A stretch of 64,000 bases of DNA. It comes from the human T2T-CHM13v2.0 reference genome, Homo sapiens. The notes beneath the pieces were generated by a model that ran no database searches, had not been told where the DNA came from, and was given only the letters and a program-made list of their open reading frames with translations. This document shows, piece after piece, positions 1-13,889 of this stretch (position 1 is its first letter; each line of letters starts with the position of its first letter). The translations under genes were made by a program, and so were the position numbers. The stretch lies in assembly GCF_009914755.1 (NCBI RefSeq), contig NC_060930.1; one strand, written 5' to 3'.

Positions 1-400
1 TATTTCTCCTAACGCTATCCCTCCCCTAGCCCTCCACCCCCACGACAGGCCTTGGTGTGTGATGTTCCCCTCCCTGTGTCCATGTGTTCTCATTGTTCAA
101 CTCCCACTTATGAGTGAGAACATGCAGTGTTTGGTTTTCTGTTCCCATGTTAGTTTGCTTGGAATGATGGTTTCCAGCTTCATCCATGTCCCTGCAAAAG
201 TTATGAACTCATCCTTTTTTAATGGTTGTATAGTATTCCATGGTGTATGTGTACCACATTTTCTTTATCCAGTCTATCACTGATAGGCATTTGGGTTGGT
301 TCCAAGTCTTTGCTATTGTGAATAGTGCTGCAATAAACATACGTGTGCATGTGTCTTTATAGTAGAATGATTTATAATCCTTTGGATATATACCTAGTAA
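1..400 (-). mobile_element. L1PA (about PA7-8) 3' fragment, cut by the window edge
   Basis: ORF2 end ([24 protein letters not shown]) plus L1 3' UTR. Confidence 0.9.
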
Positions 401-769
401 TATTCTTAGCATCTTACTGTGTTTTCCTTGGAATTAAGCTGAAAAAACTACATGCTATGATAACTGACCTTATGAATTTATAATTTCTACTTCTTTGTGC
501 ATAATAATAAATATTTTTGGAGATTATCAAATTCATGCCAAAGAATTATTTTTCTACAACTTCATGGGTGGGTATAGACATTAGCTATATGGTAGCCACA
601 CACTTTATATATAGAAGCTTTAATAGATTAGCAAAAATACTAGAGAGCTCTTTCTACTTGTACATATGAAGGACCAGAACATATTATAATATTCAAATAA
701 GAAATTCAAATTGGGATAAACTTCCAAGGGCAAATGCAGTTATTTTTAGCTGAAGAATGACAGCTTCAT

Positions 770-1290
770 TCCTTCTTCCCTCTTTATTGAGTATCTACCA
801 TCTGCTGGCTATTAGGCCCTGGGGAAGCAGAAACAAAAAACCTGCCCTTTTTATGAGGAAAGACAATACAGTGTGGTGAGGGGTATGAGAAAGGCTTGCT
901 CAGGTAAGAGCACAGAAAGGGCTAGATAATTTAGGCTAATAGGTCAAAAGTAGCTTCCTCACAAGGGAGGTAACTCTTGAGTGATTTTGAAAGTGAGCAG
1001 GAGTTGGCTAGGCAAAACAGAGGTCAGGTGGAGAATAGTAATTTGAGTAGAAAATAGAGCATGTTGCAAAAGCATGAGGCATAAAGAACAAATACTTTTT
1101 TTTTGAGAATTGGAAAGACTTCAGAATAGCCTGTACTGTATTTATGTGCATCTTGGAGCAGCAAAGTCAGGTAGTCAAGGGCGTGATGATTGGGGCACCG
1201 TGTGCCAAGCTAAGGCATTTCAACCTCATCCTGAGAGTTATAGGGAATGATACAGGATTTTGACAAGGCTTGAATTTCAGAATGACTACT
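770..1290 (-). mobile_element. L2 fragment
   Basis: TTTATTGAGTATCTAC L2-tail motif followed by degenerate purine-rich body. Confidence 0.55.
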
Positions 1291-1339
1291 CTGTCATACA
1301 AACTAATAATAACAGAATAACCGAAACCTTAACATAAAG

Positions 1340-2050
1340 ACAAACCGACAACATGCATAGATGATTCACGGAATTTAAAAATAGCAAGTAAACATGAAAA
1401 CATGCTCAACTTCACTTAGAAATTTAATTATTCATTTATTGAATCAGAAAACATATAATTTAAATGTGAACATTCAATTCTAGTTAGTGTGAGACATCCA
1501 ATCTCATGCATTACAAAGGGAATAATTTGTTATCTCTTTTCTGGAAAGCAATTGGTAAAGTATATCAAAAAATTCAAAAATACTCATATTATTTAACCAA
1601 ATAATTTCATTTCTAGTAATTGATCTCAAGGAAATAATGAGAGGAAAGAGTTAAAGATTTAAGCACAATTTTTTTTAAATGAACAAACTAAATGTTCAAC
1701 AATAGAGAAGTGGTTAAATTATGGTTCATCCATTTCATTTTCTAGACTATAGTGTGGTCATTAAAATCATATTTTAAGATAACTTTTAATGATATGGGAT
1801 AATGCCTTATGTGTTGTGTGAAGAAATCAAGCAATAAAGTGATATATGGAGCATGATCCCAATGATGATTAGAAAAACTATTCATGCATTTCTTTTAAAG
1901 CTGGAAGGAAATGTACCAGTATGCTTACCACGGTTATATATTTGCTTTAAGATAATGAAAACTTTTTGTTATGTGTCCAACGCATTGTCCAAGGCTTAAG
2001 AAAAATAGTATGAGCACATACCACTTTCACATTTTAACATTTTTAAAAGG
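1340..2050 (+). mobile_element. Ancient L1M (L1ME-like) 3' fragment
   Basis: CTGGAAAGCAATTGG and AAACTAAATGTTCAACAATAGAGAAGTGGTTAAATTATGG motifs. Confidence 0.65.
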
Positions 2051-2079
2051 AAATATTAATTTATCTGTAATATGAAGGC

Positions 2080-2760
2080 TGACCTGGAGAGTGACAAAAA
2101 ATAAAGACAGAAAAACCATATGTAAGGGCAGCTGCAGTAATCAAAAGAGAAAATGTGTGGGTCTGGGCCAACTTAGTGGCAGGAACATAGAAAAGAAAAG
2201 AAGGCTTCAAAGGAGAGAAAATCCATACTGCTTGCTAAAGGGGCACAGGAGGAAGGAGGAGTGGGGTGACTTGCAAATTCTTGGTGGATCTTGGGGGAGA
2301 AGTTGATCTGAGGTAATGAAGACAGGAAATATCTCCCTCCGCATGCTTTGTTGGCTGTTTCTTGGGAATATGCAAGTGGAGACATCCAGTTAACAGCTCC
2401 ATTTACAGATCTTGGCCTCATAAGACAGATCTGGGCCTGAGACAGAGACAGAAGCCATCAGCATACATGTGAAACCTGAAGCCACTTTGGTAGGAGAGAC
2501 ATAGAGATGAGCTGATGGCTCAGGACAGAACCTGGGAGACTGGCATTGGAGGGAAGGATGAAGAAAGAGAAGATGAGAATGGAGATGAGTAGTAGCTGGA
2601 GAACAGAAGAACACCAGAAAAGAAAAGCCTGACAGAAGCTTAGGAGGATACTTGTGTCAAGAAGTAGAGAGGGGTCACCTGTATCAAAAGTTGAAGAGGG
2701 GCCAGAGTAAGAATGCAAAGTGTCTACCAGAGTTGGCAGGAAGCAAAAGCAGTTTTTGAG
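2080..2760 (-). mobile_element. L2 fragment
   Basis: Degenerate L2 body (GCAAGTGGAGACATCCAG..., GAACCTGGGAGACTGGCATT). Confidence 0.5.
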
Positions 2761-3220
2761 GCAGGAGATAAAGGCAGGACTGCAGGGAAGCAAGGAGAGA
2801 TGACAAATCTACTATTTAAAGACCCTGAACACTTAAGAGAAGAAAAAAGACTGAAGGAAACATGGCATCAAAAGAGCATCAGTTGTTAGGATGGAAGAAA
2901 CCCAAGCAAGTTTGCAAATTGAGAGGTTGGAGCCAGAGGAGAAGAGGGTCAAAGATTCAGAGTTTGAAGATTCAGGAGAGTTGATGGATTTGGGGAAGCA
3001 GCAGGAGGGAGGATCTAGACACAAGTGTTCTCTTAGGCCAAAAACAAATTTGTTCTCAATGAAAGTGGAAGGATGGAAGCAAGGAAGTAGGCTATGGAAC
3101 AGAAATGAGCAAACTTTTTTTTTTTTTTAACAGCAATGTTCATCGATTATAAGGGCACCTTTTATGCAGTGGTTAAGAATGCTGGGGAGTCACACTGCCT
3201 GGGATTACAGTCCAATAGCT

Positions 3221-3222
<2 letters not shown>

Positions 3223-3261
<39 letters not shown>

Positions 3262-3273
3262 TGTGTGTGTGTG
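3223..3273. repeat. (GT)n microsatellite with one interruption
   Basis: Direct read. Confidence 0.98.
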
Positions 3274-5798
3274 CTGTCTTTGGCCTGCCATGTTGATTTC
3301 CCGACTGGGAAAGCTGGTCAGAGCATGTGAATACCCAGTTGCTTGATGGTTATACTTCTCACTGCATGTTAGATGACCTTCTGGTTTACACATGTAGTCC
3401 AGAGAGATTGAGCCACTTTTGGAATATTGACAATACCATGTTTCTGAGTCAAAAGAGTGGAGGGTCATTCACTAGATTATAAAGACTTCACCAATGCAAT
3501 GTCCTTTGAGATACTTCTTGTGACCTTCCCTGGTGACATATTTTGACATCACATATTCCCTTCTGACTTAATTATGTTAGCAGAGTGTAACTGATCCTTA
3601 TTATGCCCTATCTGACTTTAAAGATACCTAATAAATAGACACTTATGTTTCTCTTTTCTTCCTTAAGGTTACATTTACATAATATATAATTCTTTGTAAC
3701 TAATTGAATTTCATATTTATACATTTTAAAAATTCAATATGATTTATCTTCCCTATATGTTATTAAAAATTAAATCATTAGGTAGGGAGGAATAGCAGCA
3801 TGAAATAAAATTATATGATACCCAGAGGCCATCTGGCCCACCATTTAGCTTCTTATTTGTACATACATATTTCTTGAACAAGTGTCTATGATGTTATGGA
3901 AATCTCCAGAAGATCAACAACATAAAAAGCTACCAATCCCCTATGACAAGATTCATGAAAACACTGAATCACCTTCTTATGCAATACATTAAAAAAATCT
4001 GTAAATCTCTTCTGCTACCAGTTTCTGCTTTTAATGGAGTAGCCACAATAGGTAGCAAGTCACACAGAGATTTAAAACCAGGCCTTCAAGAGGTCAGGTC
4101 CTGTCTCTTTCCATTATACCCAGACACATCCACCAAAAATACTCGAAATTACTTCTTCATTTTCTTTCCTAACAGTACAAACTCTTCTAAAATGTTTTTC
4201 CTCACTTCTGAACTCCGCTTCAGAGAACTTTATGATAAAGGCTCCGTACTACTTATAGTGTCCCTTTATCATGTTTCAAGGACCTGATCCTGAACTTGCA
4301 CAGCTCTGCAGAACTGGCATATTTTCACTGCAGCAGGTACCCCATGGGGCATCCAATTTTGCAAGAAAGAATTTTAGTGCAAAAGGAGGCTCTACAGACA
4401 CTGATTGGCTCAGCATGGGCTCTGCCAGGCCAGCGAGATGAGAAGATACAGCCTCTTGTCACTTCAGAGGGAATGAAGAAGTGAGGATACTCTCAAAAAG
4501 CGAATAATCACAGTAAAGCTTCTTAGTCCTGGTATGGTGAAAGGGTCCTATACCACCAAGCTTTTCCTGAACCTCCAGAGGGTGCAGAAGTGCTAACCCA
4601 CCTGAATCCTGGGTTCTTACTAAAATGACAACCACTGCACAGTCCGGGTGGGTAGAATAGACACCCCCCGCTTTGCCTAAAGAAAGGAAAGGGGAGGAGA
4701 AATGTTAAGAAGAGCCAGGATTTCCCACAAGTAGAGGCACAGAACACATATTTTCTTCAGATTCCATGAAGGACCAAATTAAATTTGAATTTGCCTATAT
4801 ATTCTAAAACATTTATTACTACAGGTCTAAACATTCTGATGGAAATAGGAGTAACACTCTGCAATTCTTTGAGTTGCTAAGAAAGCTCCATTCTTTTCAT
4901 GTGAACTATTTCCTAAGACAGAGAATTGTGTCACATTTTCAGAATGCTTCCTGCTAAAGTTAGTTCAAATTAAAGTCTAGTTTTCTGTACAAATCACTTG
5001 AATATAATTCTTTAAGGCCCAAACGTTTTATAGAGAGAACGAGAAGGAAAAGAACAAATAGTCTGAGGTGAGAACTTCTTTCTAAAGAGGAGAGAAAGTG
5101 AGTGAAAATGGAACTGAAACACTTTGAAACAAATTTCACATGCTTAATATTCCACCAAATATCAAACTAGTTTGAAAGCTTTATTTAAGTCCTGGAGATC
5201 CAACATGCACCAGAAGGGAGTCGTTAATTTATGTAAATTGCATTACAAAGTCTATTCTATTGCTTAGTGACAAAGTGCCTAACATTAATACTGTGGTTTC
5301 TAAAATGCAATTATCTTCTCAGCAGCTTAGAAGGGAAAAATAATACTAAAAATAATTAACTTATAAAAGTACATGTCCTTCAATACTGTGAAATATTTTA
5401 CATGCCTTTCCAACTCAGCCAAAAGTCACCCGTAGTTGTAAATATGACTGATTTTATGTGAGGTCATAGATGTCACTCAGTGTAGGGCAATATTATGTCA
5501 ATGCTCAAAATAAAACTAATGTTGGGCTGGGGGTAGTGGTGAGGGCAATATTGAGCAAACCAGGTATCACATTTTGAGAGAACTGCCTTAGGCTTATCCC
5601 AATTTATGCTGTATTCTTTGCTAATGGCTCCATTCTTACAATGCGATGTTACCAGTACTTATGCTAAACCAATAATTTTTCAGATTTTGGTAAACCTTAA
5701 TATTTTTATGGACCTGAAGATTCTCCCTCACTTTGGTAGATACCGTACAAACTAATCAGAGTTGGAGAATCTCTATTTAAAAAATTACCCAACTTAAA

Positions 5799-6400
5799 AC
5801 ACTTATACTGTTAGTGGGAATGTAATTAGTTCAGCCACTGTGGAAAGCAGTGTGGAGATTTGTCAAGGAACTTAAAACAGAACTACTATTCAACCCAGCA
5901 ATCTCACTACTGGGTATAAACCAAAGGAAAATAAGTCATTCTACCAAAAAGACTCATGCACTCATATGTTCATTGCAGCACTATTTGCAATAGCAAAGAC
6001 ACGTAATCAACCAAGATGCCTATCAACAGTGGACTGGATGAAGAAAATGTGCTTTATATACCCCATGGAATACTATGCAGCCATAAAAAAGAATGAAATC
6101 ATGTCTTTGCTGCAACATGGATGCAGCCAGAGGCCATTATCTTAAGGGAACTCATATAAGAATAGAAAACAAAATACCCCATGCTCTTTTAAGTGGGAGC
6201 TAAACACTGAATACACAGGGACATAATGATGGGAACAACAGACACTGGGGACTGCTTGTGGGGGAAGAATAGGAGGGGGTTAGAAAGCTACCTATCCAGT
6301 ACTATGCTCACTACTTGGATGATGGGACACACACAATTTACTTACGTAACAAACCTGCATGTATACCCCATGAAACTCAAATAAAAGTGGAGAAAGATGC
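5799..6400 (+). mobile_element. Old primate L1 (L1PA15/16-L1PB-like) 3' end with degenerate TSD
   Basis: ORF2 end plus 3' UTR with AATAAA. Flanks ACCCAACTTAAA (5787-5798) and ACCTAACTTAAA (6401-6412). Confidence 0.85.
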
Positions 6401-6809
6401 ACCTAACTTAAAGAAGTAGAAACCTAGACATGATTTCCCAGAGTCACATCATCAATGCATATGGCTTTCAAGAGCACCAGTACTGGTGGTCCCTCTAATG
6501 CAAACATTTTTAGGACTTATAGTTCATGACAGAGAATTTAGTGCAGAGTTACTTTCAGCAGAGATGACTGATTTATGGCAGCAGCAGCAGTAACAACTAT
6601 AACAGTCATAATGGTTATCTACTCTGTATCTACATGGGATTGTTTGAGTGTGGCTCACCACTACCATCCTGTCCTGAGAATACAGCTTTTCTTCATTTTC
6701 TCACATGAAAACTTGAGCTACTAAGAAGGCTTTCTTCCCCTCTCTGGCCCCCCTTTTATAGATGAAAACCTATCCTGTTATTTTCTCCTAAAATAAAAGT
6801 AGTATTACC

Positions 6810-7010
6810 ACTTATTGCCTTGAAACCTGGATCAACTTATTTGACTTCTCTGTGACTTATTTTTCTCATCTGTAAGATGAAGATAAGTGAATACAACCTA
6901 CCCTCACTGGGTTATTGTGAGGATTGAATGAGTCAATAAATATAAAATTTCTTATAATAATGGAATACAATATTGAACACAGTAAGTGCTCAGTAATTGT
7001 TATTATAATT
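6810..7010 (+). mobile_element. MIR
   Basis: Core TTCTCATCTGTAAGATG...GGGTTATTGTGAGGATTGAATGAG...ACACAGTAAGTGCTCAGTAA. Confidence 0.8.
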
Positions 7011-7059
7011 GCAAATACCATTTTTAAAATATATATACATAGGGACTGAAAGAAGCTTC

Positions 7060-7580
7060 ACTACTTAATTGGTTATAAGGTGATCATACCAATGATATGG
7101 AATCTAATTATATTACATTTTTATGATATACACGAAGATAAAGTAATTATTAAAAGTATATATAGTATGTATATTGTAAACTCCAGGGCAACTGATAAAA
7201 AAATTTTAAAGCAATTTAAAAGAAGCCAAACGTAAAGTAAAAGTAAAAGCAAAATGAAATAATCAAAATGCTCAATGAATACAAAAGTGGGAAAAAAGAG
7301 GGAAAAAGGGAATAAAAATAGATGGAACAAAAAAAGATGGAAAATATAGACTTTAATCCAATCATACCAATAATTACATTAAATATAAGTGATCTAAACA
7401 AGTAAATTGAAAGACAAAAATTACCAAATTGATTAAAAAAGCAACACTCAACTACATGCCCTCTACAAGAAAATTCATTTTAAATACAAAGCCATATATG
7501 GGTTTAAAGTCAAAGAATGGGAAAAGATGTAACATACAAACAGTAATCATAAAAGGATGGAGTGACTATCTTAAAGTTTT
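7060..7580 (+). mobile_element. Ancient L1M fragment (start of the ORF2 endonuclease region)
   Basis: AATAATTACATTAAATATAAGTGATCTAAAC...CTACAAGAAA...AAAGAATGGGAAAAGAT. Confidence 0.75.
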
Positions 7581-8644
7581 ATGATAGAAATGGTATATGA
7601 AATTTAAAAATACACAATGGCCATATCTATATCTAAATCTCTTTAACTCTCTATTAAAGAACCCACAGATCCCTGATAAATCAAATTAGGAAATAAAATG
7701 GAATTAATTTTATTTTATACCTTGCCTCATATGCTCTATTGTTACCAAACCAATACTTACTAACACCTTTTTATTTTATTCTTTGAAATCATATGTTATG
7801 ACATTTATTTCCTTAGCTGAAGTTCAGAGAAAATAGAATAATAAGTGAGTAGAAATGTTGGACTGACAGCTGCATATTATTTTTGACTAGCTAAAAACAC
7901 ATTTAAATTCTTGTCAATGATTAGGCACATTCTTTGCTATTAAATGATCACATTCTAAAGATTTCATTTAGCTAGAAGAAGAAACTAAAATGAGGTCTTA
8001 TTTTCAGATTTCGTCAGCAAAGACTAAGCCTTAATTAAAAAAAATGAAAACCCAAAACAAAACAAAAGAGATAGGTTATCTAAACTAAGATTGTGGCAAC
8101 TAAAGGGACACCAAGACTCTTTTGTCATTTTTTTTTTAAATCCGAAGTGCCAAAAATCCCCAAAACAAACAACAAAAAAATCAGCGTGGGAAAACTGAAA
8201 CATCTTGTCCCACCATGAAAATCTGGGCCATATTTCTTTCTTGTAGGAGGAAATGAAAATTCCAACACTAGTGCTAAAATAGAGTAGGTGGAGATGAAGG
8301 AAAATATTTATCAACATGTAGTTAACACCATTGAATTTAAGAGACAAGAACAGATGAAACATACCCTACTAACATAAAACCCAACAGGATTCAATAATTG
8401 AGAATGCCTCTTATTCACTCTGGTCCTTCCCAGTGTCTGCATCTGTAAAATGGGGACTGAGCCCTCTTAAGACAGCTGTAAGGACTGCAAAGATACACAG
8501 GTATGGCCCTCCAGATAGCAGTACCTCTGCTCAAGGACCCTGGGAACTTGGCCAGAGGTGAATGATCCTGGGATAGACATTCTACTCCCCAAGCTGGGAC
8601 AATCAAATCCTCTCTGGCATTTGACATTTCATAAGCAATTTAAC

Positions 8645-9500
8645 ACATTCATTCATTCAACAAACATCTATTAAATGTGTACTAAAGGCACTGTTCTAGT
8701 CTCTGTTGAACAAGACTGACAAAGCTTGTTCCTTGTAGGCTTACACTCTACTGGTGGATACAGACAATTAACAAATAGGAATATATTAGATTTTATGCAA
8801 TGGTGAACATATAACAATGGTGAAGTGATGAGAAGTGACTGAGTAAGGGAGTAGCTATTTCAGGTCAGGTGGTGAGAAAGACCTCTCTTGGGAGGCAATA
8901 AAAAGGAACCAACCACATAGAAAATTAAAGGCAGATAATTCCAGGAGGGAAAGAAGACCAGTGTGTCCCGAAGAATAACGAATAAGGGAGTGAGCACATA
9001 GAGGGGAGTTTGGACAAATAGATGGAATCCTGTAGTACTTTGTTGGCAATGGTAATGTGTTTGGAATTCATTCTAAGCGCAACAGGGAGCCACTGGAAGG
9101 TTTTGTGCATAAAGTAACATAACCCAATTTGTGCTTTCCAATGACCACTTTGGCTGCTAAGTGGAGACTGGATTATAGTACAGCAAGTGTAGAAACAAGG
9201 GGACTGTTAGGAAGTGACTGCAGTGTCAAGAAGGAAGGTGATGGGATCAAGGTCAGAGCTGAGTGGAGAGAAGTGGAGTGTGAAGGTGAAATCAATAGGA
9301 CTTGCTGATGTGGAGAGTATGGGAAAGAAAACAGTCAAGGAAGAATGCTCCATCTGTGGCCTGAGCAACTGGGCGGGTGATTGTACAGTTTCCTGAAATG
9401 GAGAAAATGGCAGGGTGAGCTGACTTTGGGGGCAGGAGGGAACCTCAGAGTTCTGTTTTGGCCATGTTAAGTATGAATGCTATATTAGACATCAAGCGAT
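8645..9500 (-). mobile_element. L2a 3' portion
   Basis: CATTCATTCATTCAACAAACATCTATT tail followed by typical L2 body. Confidence 0.8.
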
Positions 9501-9889
9501 GTGTTGGATCTCAGTAACAGGAGACATTAGAGTTGAGTCATATTTATAGTGATGTCCAAGAGAGGATCTGCAGACTCTGCTGCCCAGATCACCAGAGTGA
9601 CCCTGATTTCTGCCATTCTGCAATTTTGTTGTTTAGATTTGCTGTGATTGCATGAGATACTCCTGCTTTCTTTCAATAAATTACGCTTTTTGCAAGCTAG
9701 CTTTTCAGTTTCTATTGTTTGCCACTCATTAGGACCTAAACAAATGCTTGGTGTTTAACCAGATCATTTCTAAGGTTATTTCCTGCTTTGCTACCTTATG
9801 AAATTAAGAAGTAATTTTTATCTCCAAACATGGTATCAACTGAAACTTGGGGCATTGATGGTGGCCACAGCAGACACTGGCTACACTAA

Positions 9890-10145
9890 TAATAACCAGT
9901 ATACTTCATTGAATATTGGCTAGGAGAGAGGCACTGTGCTCTGGGCTTTTATAGATTTTATCTCATTTAGTGCTTACAACAAAAATTCTGAGGAGTTGGT
10001 GACCTCCTTATTTTATGGATGATAAAATTGAGGCTCAGGGGCTTATGTGACCCATCTAAGGTCACATAGACAGTAAGTATTAGAGCAGGGTTTCAAACCC
10101 AAGTGGGGCTGACTCCCAAGAGCCTCAGTCAACCACTGCATATAC
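9890..10145 (-). mobile_element. MIR
   Basis: ATTTTATGGATGATAAAATTGAGGCTCAG...AAGGTCACATAG. Confidence 0.8.
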
Positions 10146-10714
10146 TGTTGGAGGCAGGTTTTCTCTGCCATGGCAGGAAATGATTCAGTGAGGGGCAGAA
10201 AGAAATTCATGACCCATATGGTGGTGGTGGTACAGGAACTGCAGTAACTCACTTTCTGGGTTCACTGTAGTTCTGGCCATTGCAAGATTTGCCATCACAG
10301 AGCCCTAAATAGAATGTGAGAGTTTTCACTCTATTCCCTCTTTAGCTCTGGGTCCTGCGTTCCTTAGTGTTATTCAGCCAAGCAGAACCAACACGAGATG
10401 TATATCTTCATATTAGCCTTGTGTACTTACTGGGATCTTATGATTTGGAGGGGCATGAGATATCCTCAGCAGTCAGCCATTTTACAGATTGGAAAACCAA
10501 GTCCAAAACTGTTACTTCCCAGGATTACGTGGCTAATTAGTTAACAGTTAAAATTTGAAGGCCAGGTATCTTTTAAATCTATGCCTAATGTAATAATTTC
10601 CAATCTCATTATGGTGCTACTTCTTCTCCTACTTGACCATGAGGCCTTGGAGACTTTGCTAGTGGGATGGGTCACCAATTTTATGTTCTCAATCTTGTCC
10701 CTTCTTAAATAGTA

Positions 10715-11660
10715 TAACCACTATCATTGTAACCCCTGCCCAGCTCCGGATTTAAAACGGTTCCAGTACCTTAGAAGGCTCGTTTCTGCCCTCTTCCAGT
10801 CAATAACCACCTCCTCCAATCCTCAGGTTGACCATTATTCTGACTTCTGTCACTATAGATTAGTTTTGCCTGTTCCTAAATTTTGTGTAAATGGAATGAT
10901 AAGCATGTACTTTTAAAATCTGTTTTCTTTTACTCTACATTTTGAGAGTGAAATTGTGAGAGTCATCCATCCCATTGATGACTGGTGACTAAATTTATTC
11001 ATCTATTTTTTGGTATGGACATTTGGATCTTTTCCACTTTGGGGCTATTATGAACAAGCCTGCTGTAAACATCCTTGTCCATGTCTTCTGGTGGAAATAT
11101 GTACTCATTTATCTTGAGAATTAGAAATACCAGATCATACAGTAGATATAGATTTAGGCCTGGAAGATATTGCAAACAATTTCCCAAAGTGGTTGTAATA
11201 ATTTGCCCTCCCACTGGCAACACAGGAGAGTTCTAGCTGTTCCACATTTTTACTAACCCTTGGCATTGACTGTCTTTTTGCTTCTAGCCACACTGTTGGG
11301 TGTGTAATGGTGTTTAATTATGGCTTTAATTTGCATTTCCCTGATGACTAATAGTTCTTGCCATTTGGATATCTTCTCTTTTTGAAATGTCTGTTCAAGT
11401 ATTTTGCTCATTTTTAATTGGGTTGTTTGTTTTTCTCTTACTGATTTTCATGATTTCTTTATATATTCTGGAAATAGGTCCTTTGTCAGATACATGTATT
11501 ACAAATATCTTCTTCCAGACTGTAGCTTTCCTTTTTATTCTCTGAGTGCTGCCATTTAATGATTAGGAGTTCTTAATTTTTAATAAAGTCTAATTTATCC
11601 ATCTTTCTATTCTGGTTAGTAATTTTTGTGTCTTATTTAAGAAATCTTTGCTTACTCCAA
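10715..11660 (-). mobile_element. L1M (L1ME/MD-like) 3' fragment
   Basis: TAGATTAGTTTTGCCTGTTC and TTTAATTTGCATTTCCCTGATGACTAAT motifs. Confidence 0.8.
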
Positions 11661-12140
11661 ATCTTGTATCTTTAAACTCAGGAAGCTCAGAAGCCATTTA
11701 GAAGTTGTCTGTTTATTTAACAGTGTGTAAAATGCTGACAATTAAGCTTTCTTCAGATATAAGAGAGGAAAGATGTGGAGGGGTCGGAATAAAAGAAGCA
11801 CAGTGGTACTGAGGCAGGGAGAAACTTACAGAATGCCCTGGTGGTTTTTAGGAGGTGGAGAGGAGGGGAAGGGAGGCAGTAATCAAGGACTTACAATTGG
11901 GGTAGGCAGGGGAATTTTTTCTTGAGACAAAATAACAGTTAACAACCATCAAACAAGTCTGATATATATCAAGCCCATGCTCTTTCGTTAAAGACAGTAT
12001 TTAACACCTCACTAAGCAATTGCACAATTTACTAGAACGGGGGGTGCCCAGTAGAACACTGTGCAAATGACAGGTGTGTGAACGATCTTATGCCTGTATT
12101 GGAACAAGGTAGACTCAAATAAATAGAATTATCCAGTGCT

Positions 12141-12680
12141 TGTATTAGATGCTTCTAGTGCATCACTTCATAGTCTCCTAGTCCCACCTAACTCAGTCTA
12201 GCCCCTGCTGCCATAGCCAATTCTGTTACTTCATGCAATTCTGATTATCTTCATGCAGTTTGCAACCTGAGGACCTCACTTCACATCAGTGCCTGGCTCC
12301 TTCCATGCTAGACTTCTCCGCGGACACAAAGGCAGGCACCCCAAGAAACCACTTGGTAGTCAATGCATGGAGTTAACAATCTGTGGAGAGAAACTTTGAT
12401 GCATGGTGGCTGGGAGCTAATGGATAAATGCTTCCCATTTTCTTACCCTGGACAGGAGGTTCTATACTACACTTCACGTAGCTTCTCAGGCTTTCCACAG
12501 AATCCAGCAGATAGTCATCATAACAGGGGCCTGCTCCATTCCCTGTCATCACGTTGGCTCCACTTCCTTCTTTGCTTCCCTTCACTTGGCCCCCATTCAT
12601 GCTTCTTGGCTCCCAGTCACCATTAAAGCACTTGTGCTCAAGATTTCATCTCAGACTCTGCTAGACAGTAGGCTAAGATG
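12141..12680 (+). mobile_element. ERVL solo LTR (LTR16-like)
   Basis: TGTATTAG start, ATTAAA-GCACTTGTGCTCAAG...TCTCAGACTCTGC...GCTAAGA end. Confidence 0.6.
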
Positions 12681-13889
12681 CCACTAAATAAGACTTCTGC
12701 TTGATTGATTTTTGTCTCATCAGATTCAAGTGTGAGCCAATTTTACACTTTTATAACTTCAAAGAAAGACTCACACCTTTACTAGAAAAGGTATAATTAT
12801 ATGAATTAAGTCCAACCAATCAGCTACATGGGAAATTTATTCAACAATCGACCTGAGATTCTCTGTTAGCCATGGAGCTGAAAATATTTCTCCATAGACA
12901 GCTGCTGGAGGGGGACCAAGACCATCATGTTGGTTCATGAGCTAGTCAAAGCACTGAACTTAGTTAAACCAATTTAACATACGAGAAATATACTAAACAG
13001 TTGACTGTCCTGGAAATGTGAACAAGTCATTGGCCCGAACAATCACTGCCTAGTCCTGTTCTCTGCTGAAGACCTTTTTTTTTTTTTTTCATGATTACCA
13101 CTTTGTATGCCTGGCGTCAGTCCTGGTGAGCCAAGGTGCTCAGTACATGTTGCTGAGGTGGTCAAGAGAGAACCTTTATAGGCACTGCCTGAGGCAGTAA
13201 TGAAAGTATGCTGTGGCCACACCCAGTGTGCTACACAGCAGGGTGGTTTTTTACAAAATGCCTCTGATTACAGGGGATATGGTGAGGAGTAGGCAGGGTG
13301 CCAATGGCAGTGTGGCATCTAAGGGGGCTGTATGGCTCCAAGACTGGCTTGTCTCCATGTCCAAAGAGCCAAACGATGAGAGTTGTCAACAGACGGCTCC
13401 ACTGAAATCCCCTATTCCTTGGCCTGTTCAGTACATTTCTCCTCCAAGAATTCCAGCCCAACCATAACTGTGTTATGATGAAGAAAGATGACCCACCAGC
13501 ACTTCTAGACCAATGGCTGTCCTGTAACACCTCAAAGTTCCTCCGATCCCAGAGGGTGATACCATCTAACTCCTTTGCATAAATGCACGCTTTCCAAAGT
13601 TACCACCCTCCTAGAATTCTACACAGTTTCAAAGGATATAAGGCAACTTAGAATGGTAAGGAGAGATGAGGAGGGCAGTGATGGTGACATTTACATCACA
13701 TATTGAAAGTCAGCTCTCTCTAGGACAGCCTACTGGTAAACTGTTATATTAACATTTTGGCTGCTCTCACATGTATCACACTCTGGTTGACATGGCAGTC
13801 TTCTCACTAGAGTATGTATGAGCTCTATTTTGGAATTGCAGCATCAGCACACTGCTTCATTCACTATAGGAGCTCACTAAACGTTTCTG

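Noticed and set aside
6475-6488. Perfect 14-bp palindrome CACCAGTACTGGTG
   Set aside because: About four are expected by chance in 64 kb.
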